Below are positions 24,992 to 36,602 of a DNA stretch of 64,000 nt, piece by piece. Positions within the stretch are counted from its first letter, which is position 1. The number at the start of each line of letters is the position of its first letter. The stretch lies in assembly GCA_025786725.1 (NCBI GenBank), contig JAHLTZ010000027.1, positions 330,703-394,702 of the forward strand. The letters are read 5' to 3'. A model generated the notes under the pieces. That model saw only the letters and a list, made by a program, of their open reading frames with translations, searched no databases and was not told the DNA's origin. Origin of the DNA: Syncephalis fuscata S228. Lineage: Eukaryota > Fungi > Zoopagomycota. Both the position numbers and the translations under genes were made by a program.

Positions 24992-27227
24992 TGTATAGAT
25001 GTAGAGAATAATATTGCGCCGGCGCAATTGATGTTAAAGGTGTAGTCGGAAGAATTGTAACGGTTGTAATGAAATAAAGTGGAACGTGAAAATAATCACC
25101 TGGAATATAAGCGTAGAAAAGATAATAAAAAACGGATGTAGTGCGATTTTCATAATACGATGGCAATTTAAAAGATGACGATAGGCGCTTGGGCAATATC
25201 CTTGGTTAGGTGGGCTGTGAAACAGTATTAAACACCGCATTGCTATTTAAGGCAAAAAATAGACATAGAAAACACTCCGTAATTATCCAAGTCAGCTATT
25301 GGTTCTCTTTTTGGACAAAAAAGTCTAGTATAGGCATGTTTCAATTGCTATTCTTTTGCTACTTCTACGCTGTTAAAGCACAATCACTAATTGCCAAGAT
25401 TACTATCTAGCCTATAAATAAACACCGCTGCTTGATTGATATTTGTTATCTGTATTTGTCAAAGCGTTATATTACTTTACCACGTGCAAATTGCTAAATA
25501 ATCTATTATTCAAAACAGGTTCAAACAATGGGTTTAGGAGACGACGAGACAGCTGAAATATTTTGTAACATTGTAACAAATGCGCAACAATATGTTTCTA
25601 AAACCATGACGAATAATCTGTAAACATTTGCCGATTTATGACGAATTGTGTATATACGTATTAATCAAAACAATCTATATGGCAATAGAAATGGTATAGA
25701 GTTAAAATAATAAACTTTAATTAAATAAAAGTGGAATTTTGAAAAATACATCATTTTTAAATTTATTTATTTCCATTTTTATAAAATAAATACATTGATT
25801 TTATTTTAATTAGTAAAATACATCTTTTTAAATTTTATTAATTTTATTTATTGATAAAATCGTTTTTTGTTTGCCCTACACTTCGTTTTGTAATGACGTT
25901 TATCACAAATTAACTAATTTTTAATGGCATGTTTTATTTTTTATAGCTGTTTCATTAGTATTTTGTATCTATTTTTCAATAAAAACGTTTATTTCAACAT
26001 AACTACTGTTTTAATACTACTAGTACTAATTTTTACACGACATATTTCTTGTATTGTATTTTTTGAGTTGCATTTGCCACAAGTATATTATTGAAAGTTT
26101 ATTAACAAATAAAATACGATTAATATTGCTGATAATATTGCTACAATTAACTCAATTATATAAATAAAGATTTAAATCAAAATTCGTTGCATTATTGCAA
26201 TAAGCTTTTTCCCGTCAGGGATTTTTAGCTTTGTAACTTTATTGAGCTTTAACAACGTTAACAACATTATAAATACATAATACTGCTTTCAGAATAATAA
26301 TAAAAATGCCTTTTTATAATCCAATCCATTTTAACTTACAGAATTTATACAATTACAACTTTTGTTATAAATATGCTAGTTTAAGTTATTTTTACAAGCT
26401 AATGCTATTTAATACTAATACTAATAATATTTTTATTAAATTGGTGTTGAAACATCTAAACTGCATTTTTGTTTTTTTTCTTCTTTAGTTACTTGGTCAA
26501 TTTTACATTATTTTATTACTGGTGTTGTGACAATGTCATTTTTTATTAAATCAAAAGCAGATCAAGCCTTGTAATATAAAATAATAGTATTTATTAAGCT
26601 ATTACAATTGTTAGTGTATATTAAATAATTAAATATGTATCCAGTGCTTTTACTTGAACACCTTTTGGTTTTACATTTGAGAATGTAGCAACATTATTTG
26701 TAATATATTTATTAATGGATTTAATAGTATTACCGAAATCACATGGAAAACCATTAAAATGTTTAATATTGCACTGGATAATCTTTACTAGGCCAGTTTT
26801 CTGCTTTCTGGCAGTTAAAACGAACAGACATTTGTTGCTGGAACGGTCTTCATGAGAACAAATAAGCTGTAATTTTGTTAAATTACTATTTTTCCTTTTA
26901 AAATTACAACCGTTAACAAGCTTAAACGCGTCAACAGCAATCCTCAGTTCTTCAATACTGTTAAATATAGCCTTTTAAATAGTTTGGTAGACATTGCGAT
27001 AGGCTTTTCAAAACGGCGTATCTTGATAAATAAAATCAAAAAACGATTTATTTTTATTTATTAAATTTATTACAATATGCTTAAAAAATAATAGTTTATT
27101 ATGGTAAAATTTAAAAACAGTGTATTTTACTAATTTTCCCTAAATAAATAAATAATAATAAACTTTAATTAATAAAAGTTACGATAATAATAAAAGTATA
27201 AGTAATCATTTGGTTAAGTAATATTAA

Positions 27228-29167
27228 TTAGTCCGTTTTGTTTTCAGCTAATCTACTATTTCTAACTTGATAGCTATTACCAAATCCAACTAAACTTATT
27301 AAAGTTGATGGAATAATACGCAATAAAAAGTCGAAAAGAATCCAAATCCAGCTTAAAATCACCCAAACAATGGAGGATGACCAATAGTCGTCATATTCAG
27401 CATCGTGCAAACCAAATGGCGACTTGGCACCAAGTGCTTCGGCAGCAGCCATGCCGGAACGCAAGCCATCTTCGTGAAAACCATAGCCAGACCAAGCGCC
27501 ACAGAATGAAATACGGTCATAAGGAAGATTACGTAAACGTTTTTGAGCAGCAACCGACTAGAGAAATAAACGATGGTTAAACATCAGTGTTATTAAATAA
27601 GTGTTTTTAACAGTATTATTTATCATTTATTGTCGTTATCATTATCCTTGCTATTTATTATTACTTACCTCAATTGTATAGACAGGATGTTCATAGTCCC
27701 ATTCACCAGAAACTGTACCTTCGCGTGGCTCGTGCGGTGGATTAACAGTAACAAAGATTTGGCCGTGTTTTGCTGGATCAAGACTTTGTAGACGATTCAT
27801 CCAGTAAGTTCTAGATATCAATAAACATTTGGCTATTAATAATTTTTATAGACATAATAATAACAACTCACAATGACATTACAGTATCAGTTTTACCAAC
27901 ATCTAAACTAAGATAGTTCCAGGCTGACCAAGCATTGACACGTGTAGGCATCAACTAATCAATCGGTCATTATGTGTGATATTTGTTAATAAAATTTTAT
28001 ATTTAATTGTCAACTTACATCTTGATCACAGTGAAGAACGGCACGATTACGTTCAAAACGGAAATTTTTTAATTCTTTACGTTCAGCACCAGTGGCTGAT
28101 TCACCTAGAATACGTAGAGACTGATTTGCATGGCAGGCCATGATACATGATCATAATAAGCCTGACGTCCCTGACTATCAGTCACTAATACACGGCCATC
28201 ATCTGTCCGTTGTACCGATTCAACTGCACAGTTTAGATGTACCTCATCCAAGTCGGCACTAATACGCTGGACATACTCTCGACTAAACAGCACATACAGA
28301 TGATTAGTAATGTCATTATGGTAGACATGTGTAGACGTGCACAGCTATGCATCGTATATACCTTCCGCCTGCAACAGTCATCCATTGTGGACGATCCAAT
28401 AGTTGAAGTAAACGATGGTTGTGCAGGAAACGTGCTAGAGTCCAAGCAGGAAAGTCTTTAGCACACACATCAGCTGGCGTTGACCAAACAGATGCAGTCA
28501 TTGGCTAAACAAATATATATAAATAAATTATTGATATTAGTCTTTAATCATTTATTATTGCTTACCATTAAATAGTCATCTATAAATCCGTTAGAGTAGC
28601 CACGTAGGCCCAACCAATCGCCAATGCCCATCTGCTTTTCCGATTCAGGGACTCGGCTATCGGTGGCAAAGCGCGTAAATTCCCAATTGAAGCGATAATG
28701 TCGTATAGCATTCGCCAGAATCGCCAACGGACAAGATTACGCGACTGACAGAAGACGGTGCCTGCATTGGTGCCGGACCATTCCAGCTCGCCACAATTGC
28801 GCGAGACAGCAAAGGACATGTCGGAGTTGCGTACAGGTACTTGAAGGTGCGCAAAAAGCCGAATCATATTCGGATACGTCACCCGATTGTAGACGATAAA
28901 ACCAGTATCAACTGGACAGCTCTCCAGTTCACCAGCATTTTCGGGTGCATCATATGTCTTTAATGCAGCCGATGGTGGTGTATAATCAACTGTATTAGCA
29001 TGTCCGCCCAGTCTATCGGCAGCTTCGTATAAAACGACTTGATGCGGTGAATGGGTTTTAAGTAGCCATGCAGCGGCCAATCCAGTAATGCCAGAACCAA
29101 CTACGGCCACGCGAGCATTGGATGCCAAGCTTGTCTGAGCGCTGTCGACGTTTGTTTCAACGGTCAT
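27228..29167 (-). CDS. FAD-dependent oxidoreductase, 'amine oxidase'/phytoene-desaturase-like family (UfaD-like), with a C-terminal hydrophobic anchor; multi-exon, two apparent 1-nt deletions
   Basis: Motifs: VAVVGSGITGLAAAW, YEAADRLGGHANTV, VDTGFIVYNRVTYPN, SDMSFAVS, PMTASVWSTP, RFLHNHRLLQLLDRPQWMTVAGG, AVLHCD, AWSAWNY, TYWMNRLQ, YEHP, FCGAWSGYGFHEDGLRSG. Restoring one base at ~28694 gives DIIRFN; restoring one at ~28144 gives DHVIMACHANQSLRIL. Confidence 0.92.
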
Positions 29168-29701
29168 ATTGATATGTGTGTGTATGTGTGTATGTGTTTG
29201 TATGTTTATCAATCTATCTGTCTATCGGTTTATTTATAACGCCGAAAGATAGAAATTAATAAAAGCTGAAAAATGTTTATTCAATCGTGTTTGTCAACTT
29301 AAAAGCGAATAAATTCAAACAATGAAAATAAGGACCGAAGTGCACGCTAGCTATTGGTTAGCAGCAACTATATTCGGAGCGAGGTGCTATAGAAAAAACG
29401 TGGAATCATACGTATTTGCCATACTTGTCCGTGATGTGTATATAATGGGGTGATAAGACAGAGCACGCATTGTGCAACCATAGTGTCGGTGTCTGGTGGA
29501 TCCGACTGTATTACTGATTTCCATTGACCAACGGGCCGACATAGCACTGCAGATGCAGTGTAACCGGATCTACTGAAGGTGGTCTAATTGAACGTAGCAT
29601 TGTAATAAATGAAGACGTAATCCATCACATTTGTATCCAATATACCGCTACCCATTTATCTTCAACTGTTATTGTGTCTGTGCACTTGTTTATTATCAAC
29701 T

Positions 29702-31334
29702 ATGGCTGCTAAAGTGACCCATTCACTTGATTCAATGTTTCAAGCAGAGACAACATCAAATAATCATGTGCCAAACATGTCTGCCACCGGCTCCCCCTAT
29801 ACGGGATGGCTCTCCGACGACTGGACCGACTTCTGGATTGATATGGGCGTTCTACCTGACTGGATTCTGCGACGCTGTTCACGCTTCCTTCTAGGACAAC
29901 GCGTCAAGCAGATTAAAAAGGCAGGCAAGTGGGAGGCGCAAACCGCTTCGGAAATGTCGTATATCGAAGCGGCAAAACGACGAGATGCAACTACCGATAC
30001 GGATAAAGCAAACGAGCAGCACTACGAGGTAGGATAGACGAAAGATTGTGTCAATATAATGTGTGAATTAATCTACGTTATGGTTGCTACATCATGCTAG
30101 GTTCCTACTGAATTTCTAAAGCTATGCCTTGGCAAACGTATGAAGTATTCAGCCTGTCTTTTTCCTAAAGGTAAATACATAATTTACTATATTGTTCGTA
30201 ATTTATAACACTATTAATAATAATAATTCATAGGTGTAACTGAATTGGATGAAGCAGAAGAGCTCATGTTCGAATCATATTGCCGTAAAGCTGGTTTAAG
30301 CAACGGCCAAATGGTTCTGGATCTCGGCTGTGGATGGGGAAGTTTAACGCTATATTTAGCTGAGGTAGGACTATATATAGGCCTATATCCATGTGTAACC
30401 GCTAACCATGTTGTTGATTGATACTAGAAATATCCAGATTCAACAATTCATGCCTTGAGCAATAGTAGGACGCAACGGGTGTACATTGAGTCCGAAGCCA
30501 AACGTCGTGAACTTGGCAATATCAAAGTCTTTGTTGGTGACGTCGCCACATTTGATTTTCCTGAAAATATAAGGCAAGTTATTTAATGCATTTAATTATC
30601 TTAATTTGCATGTGCTAGTTAATATTAATTTAAAATTTAGATTTGACCGAGTTTTAAGCATTGAGATGCTTGAACATGTGCGTAATCATGAATTAATTTT
30701 TAACAAAGTTTCTGGTTGGTTGGCTAACAGCGAGTCTCGTTTCTTCGTCCATGTATTCTGCAATCGCACTCGGTCCTACGACTTTGATACCGAAGAAGGT
30801 GACTCGTGGATGGCCCGTCACTTTTTCACCGGTATGTGCAGCTAACTTATTTGCTGATACATACACTAATAGTATACTGTAACACATAGGTGGCTGCATG
30901 CCAAGTGAACAATTGTTCATGAACTATCAACAAGATTTACGTGTCATTAACCGTTGGTCAATTAATGGCAGCCATTATGGTAAGCAAAAAATAGCAATAA
31001 TTGCTTTATTTGTAGTTAAACGTTCTATATAGCTGCCACCTCGGAAGCTTGGCTAAAACGTCTTGATAAAAACATTGCCGAGGCAACTGAGGTGCTGCGC
31101 CTTGATTTAATTCAGCATCATTTGAAGAAATTGCAAGAAGAGTTGTCCGACGAAGCTGCATCGACAATATCGACGGAAAAACGTCAAAAGATCGAGGCTG
31201 AGGCAGAGAAAGAGGCACGCGTCAGAGTTAATCGTTGGCGTTTGTTCTACATTGCAGTTGCCGAGTGTTTTGCTTATAACCGAGGCGAAGAATGGGGAGT
31301 TGTTCACTACCTATTTGCTCCAAGGAATATGTAG
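29702..31334 (+). CDS. Second SAM-dependent methyltransferase, CFA-like / coclaurine-N-methyltransferase-like family; multi-exon
   Basis: Motifs: ANEQHYEVPTEFLKLCLGKRMKYSACLFP, LDLGCGWGSLTLYLA, SNSRTQR, FDRVLSIEMLEHVRN, SWMARHFFTGGCMPS, WSINGSHY..TSEAWL, RWRLFYIAVAECFAYNRGEEWGVVHYLF. All exons join through GT-AG introns. Confidence 0.92.
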
Positions 31335-32658
31335 AACACCAAATATTGATGAATTACTCATCAATGCAACAGCAATGCTTAATATGAATATATGAATAAT
31401 AATAAACACATATAATACATTGTACAAATCAATTTAATAATTTGATAATTAATTAATTAATATTTGTCGATTGAACTTTATTTTATTAATTTTTGTAAAT
31501 TAACCAATAGTTATACTGCTACAGTATTGCATAATTCGGGTTTTTTAGTTTATCAAAACAGCTATGCAAAAAGGTAATCATTGATGATTTTGCAAATAAA
31601 GATGTTTAAAAATAGACGATTATCTTAAAAAAAGAAGCTGTACGACAATGTGGCTTGTCGGCATGGATCCTTAGATCTTGGCCAACCAACTAAAGTTTTT
31701 GCTCATTCCAGTACGGTGCAATACAGGCAATTCTTGCCTTTGGTGTAACGCATTACCCAGTACCTGGAGCTAAGCTAAGGGGATTCGGTTAAATTTAAAC
31801 GAGACTTATTATGCATTGCAGTGAGCAAGTCCTTATATTCTACACTATAATACGATAAGCTGAAAAGTAGAAAAGGCAATAATGTATTGGATAAGTTGAA
31901 ATAAACAAAAAAAGTACGCAATATGAGTAATCATGGTAACACTCGATGTTGGACGTAAACAAGTTACAGATCATAGCAACACAAAACAACAGATGCTGTA
32001 ACAACATAGTAAAAATCCAGACATTCCAAGTTTCACAACTTCGTGGCCTGCCTATCTCCACCTTAATTTGTTTAAAGAAAATTCCATACATGTTGATAGT
32101 TTGGCTAGGCCTTTTCTACTCCGCACTAAAAATTGGTTGGTTTGAAAAAGAAACAGGCATAAACCAGCTCTCTTAACATTCTAGATTAGCATGTCCATGA
32201 ATAGTTGGCATAGTCCAGTCCCAAGAAGTGCCATAGGTAATTCCAGTACTTTTCAAGAGGCGGACTATGAACATCTATGACGGAAATAGGGCGTACTGCT
32301 AACTTTGAAAGATTTTCTCGCCTTTTAGGAAGAATGTTTCAACTGCTCGTGCAAAGCATTGGTAATGCCCCTCAATAGTACCTGAGTACTGTTTCGTCAA
32401 ATAAGTTTGTAAACCACTGACGCAAAAAGTACAAATAAACGACGTTTATTGAAAACTCCTTCAATCCATCAGTCACATCCACTACTCCACTCTCACGTTT
32501 AATCTACAGTCAAAGATAGCTTGCTACGCAAACATCTTTGCAGCTTCTAAATTACATTAGCTTTATTAAGTTACGCTATAAGTTTATTTCCACTATTCAA
32601 CACAAATCAATAGTTAAATACTATTTAACGAGTGGTTATCTGATCAATTACTTTTATT

Positions 32659-34514
32659 ATGCTTTCTTCGGTCACAGTCTCGGCCATCTGGATGGCCGTC
32701 TTGGCCAGTCTTGTTCAGACTACTTTTGCGCAGAATGGCGAAGTCCCTATTGGTGGCTCACGTATTTATAATCCACCATCGGATGGTATGCGCGTTTACA
32801 AGCTTCGCCAATGGACGCAACAGCCACAGGACAAGCCGTGGTGTGTTACTGGCAAGCAGGTGATTAATATTGGCGAGGCCCAAAGAAATCTACAGGAGGA
32901 AGAGTGTACACTTACCGCCGATCGTCAGCTCATCAACCAATGGGAAGTTGTTCCGGGCTCTTTGGCATACATGCTTCGCTTCAGCGACTCTGGATTGTGT
33001 ATGACCGTTGAGGATGGCCAATATGGCATGCGTGTCCGACGCGATGCCGAGAGTGCCAAACATTTTGTTGATGCATCACTATTCAATGCTCCGCTTGTTC
33101 ATCTTGGAAAAGTTCCTACTCATGCTGACATAAAACGCCGTGCTATTTTAAGCCCAGTCTTTGAAGCTATTGGTGTCAAAGGTGGCAAATCTGTTGCCAA
33201 GCCAAACGAGACCGACCATATGACTCCATTGACACCGGATGCACCAAAACCAGTTGTCCCGGTTGCCGATCCAAGCAAAAATGCAAATCCAGATGGTTCC
33301 GCCATCGACATGAGCAAAAAACGAACTCCAGTTATCTTGTCACAGTGCGTCGGTAACGATAACCAAATTTTCAAGGCTAGAATTGTTACGCGTCCCAACG
33401 CTCGCAATAATTATTATCAGCTTATGTCATACAAATACAAGACTTGTTTGGCCAGTGAGCGCAAGAACTTGGCAGATATAGCTATTGTTCCATGTACCGA
33501 TAATGACGAATCGCAACTTTGGTTGTTTGAAGATATTGTACAAACGATTGCTGATGCTGGTGGCAAAACACCATCATTCAATATGCCGACACGCTTCAAA
33601 TTAAAAATATCCAATCGCGTCTTGGCCTGACCCGCGACACAGGTGTATCCGACCTGACCTTTGACGAAAAGCAAGCTGTCAATCGCGTCTTGCCTGGATC
33701 GTTGGAAGTTTTTGATATGACTTTCGAACTTGCCCGATATGTAAACACCTATGCACGCAACATTCTTCAATATCAACAGTCGGGCACTGTAGTTGTATCA
33801 AAATTGGTTGCAATCTTTCTTAATCCTGAACAGCGCCCACAAGCCTGGGAGAAGCTCTGGGAACTTGGTAAGATGTTCATTGGCTTTATCCCACTTCCAG
33901 GACCTTTCAACATCATCAAGTCCGTTGGTGTCAAGTTGACCGATATGATTTTAGGCCAGCTTGCTCAGCATCAAAAGGACAAGCCAGCTACTCCACAAGA
34001 TTTGATCCAATGGGACGTCTATGCTTTAAAACAAGCCGAGTACACTGTAGATGCTCTTCTTAACGCTTTCACCGAAGTCTTCCGTCAATCATCCATTAAT
34101 GATCTACGCACTTTATTGCAAGAATTCAAAGCAAACAAGTATCATATCGCAGCCGATAAATTCTACCACGAGTACCAGGTCCGATTCTCGCAGAAACTAC
34201 TCACTGCCAGAGCCGGCGACTTCTGGACCTCTGTCTGTGTTAGCCGTGGCAATGATATGCCTTGCAATGGTCGCTGGTCAGGCAAAAACTACCGTATGGG
34301 CGATCGCACATACGAGAACTTCTATTCCACCAACATCAACAAGGACGGCATCAGCTATCTCGAGTCGATTGGTGAGAAAGACAACTTCTACAAGGCTAAC
34401 AACGGCTGGAACCTAGACCGCTACTATTACACTTGCCCTGGCAATAATGGTGGCGTATGCGTTGCACGAATGGTACTTCGTCAAAACAAATCCAGCTTTG
34501 ATGTTATTGCTTAA
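32659..34514 (+). CDS. Secreted ricin-B-type lectin-domain protein with a helical C-terminal domain; paralog B, intronless, apparent 1-nt deletion at ~33565-33568
   Basis: Signal MLSSVTVSAIWMAVLASLVQTTFA. Shares RIYNPP, KLRQWTQ, LSQC.G.DNQ.F, NYYQ.MSY, CLASERK, VPC.DNDESQLW and AWEK.W with paralog A. One extra A in the AAAA run restores TIIQYADTLQIK...LGL, matching TMVEYANSFQIK...LGL of paralog A. Confidence 0.85.
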
Positions 34515-36602
34515 GCTGACCAACCAACCAACAATACACACAACAATAAACAAGTGTCATTAACTATTTATCTCATGCATACTAAATACAAAAATAATTT
34601 GTCAATCTATTTATTCAACTTTTCAATCTACGCTACCATGATCTTATATCATTGCAATTGATTTTAATTGCGGTAAAAATAATAAACATGATAGTAATCA
34701 CTGTACACACATATGCATCAGTACTTTAATTGTGCCAATATAACACCTTCAGTATAATAAAACAATACACGAATAATACTAAGTTGTAGTATATGTAACT
34801 AAGTAACGTAAATGAGCGAAATAATTCGAGATCTATAACAAGTTGCAGCTAAAAATAAACAAATAGCTTTTATACCTATATGTGGCCAGTAGGCAATATA
34901 ATGATTTACAATATAATAAATAGGTAATAGGAAGAATATGTATAGCAAAGTTGAATTTACAACGTATATGGCTCAATGAGTCGAAATGAGTTGAGATTTG
35001 TACTTGGAATAGGTAGCAGCAAGCAGACAATAGTTCTGAATACAGTGTGTGGTATACGATAAGATGGTATACAAAATAAACACAGTCACACACAATGCTT
35101 TTTTTACTTTTTTCTTTGCTAGAATGTGCCATTTATTCCCCCCTCTCTCACCTTGCACTCAGAGACATACCTTTGGCACACGCAGATAAATAAATTGATA
35201 ATAATAATAGTAGTAATAATATCGGCCAGCTTTTTCAATAGCTAGTGATAGCACCAATCGTTAGTTGTCAATTCGATTTTGCTCGATTGTTTCCCGTTGT
35301 GTACTCCAAATGCCTATGAACTTTAGGATGGTCAATCACTAGTTAAGTAGGCCAGCGCGCTCTACCGCACTATGAGAAAACACCGTCTTGGTTCAATACC
35401 TATTCTAAGCCAGCAATAGTGGCCTGTTCGCAAATGATTACTCAGGCATTTGATTGTAGTCTGCGCGGGTGATCAATACACATACTACAGCAGCCGTTTT
35501 GGCTGTTGCGTGTGCGTGTATTGATTGTTAACGCATCCAGACCATGATGAAACTTGTCTGCTACCTTTAAACGACACTTTAATGATGCGAGCATCCTTTT
35601 TGCTTCTGATCAACCGTTGTACAGTTTAAACGCTATTATTTGGGTACTTTTGTTTGTGTCACGTTTATATATATATTGAAAGTAGCACGTATAAATTATT
35701 AAGTAAATCGAAAAATGATAACGTAGTATTTAAACTGGGATTTTGAATTTCTACGCACTTTAGGCTGAATATGCAGCGCTATTATAGTCCAAAGCATACA
35801 ACACGTTTATTGATTGCCTATAGCAACATACAAAACACTACCTTTTCTTTCAGCTACAGCACAAAATAACTACGTAAATAATCTGACTAGTTTTGTTTAA
35901 TAAATGTATAACAAGCAAATAATATATAATTTGGTGCCACTTTTCTCGCCTTACTAACTGTGCAAAAATAATATTAATATTTGCTTAATCAGCTGTAAAA
36001 GTATTTACACAAATAGTTTATTTAGACGTAAACACACACACACTTTATTCGTTATTTATTTTCTATCTGTTTAATAAATGAAAGCAATAGTTTCAATTAC
36101 TACCAAGTGTACAGTCAATTTTATTGCAATTGATAAGCATAATATGTAGCACGTATATATTATCATGTCGTAAATACTATAATGATCACTAATACAGCTA
36201 TCCAACATCTCAGTGTATTAAAGTAACTATTTGTTAATATTAATGCAAGTTTATAAATCTGGTGTGTTTACATCCGTTATTTAAATCAAATAGTCTGCCA
36301 GTATGTATCAAGTTGCTATACATTAGAATGTGCCATCAATAGCTGGCCCCTTGTCGCAGCCCCCTTAAACAAACCGACGTACTAAGCATGGTTAATAGAC
36401 AAGCATTATATTATCTACATGATCTCCTTTTACACGACACGCTATAGCAACCTATAACAAACACACATTGAAATAATTCACATTCATTCTAAAATTCTGT
36501 TGTCATGATACATGTTGGTCTTATACAATTGTCAATTCAATTCAGTAAATAGTTAATGATATAATATTTACTCTACTACATTTTATAACTAATTACATCA
36601 CA

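Noticed and set aside
25500-27200. Very AT-rich stretch as a possible mobile element or centromere-like region
   Set aside because: No terminal repeats, transposase remnants or periodicity were seen. It looks like ordinary AT-rich intergenic DNA.
16460-31334. Bacterial contamination or endosymbiont DNA as the source of the operon-like genes
   Set aside because: All four genes contain spliceosomal introns and are embedded among typical eukaryotic genes.
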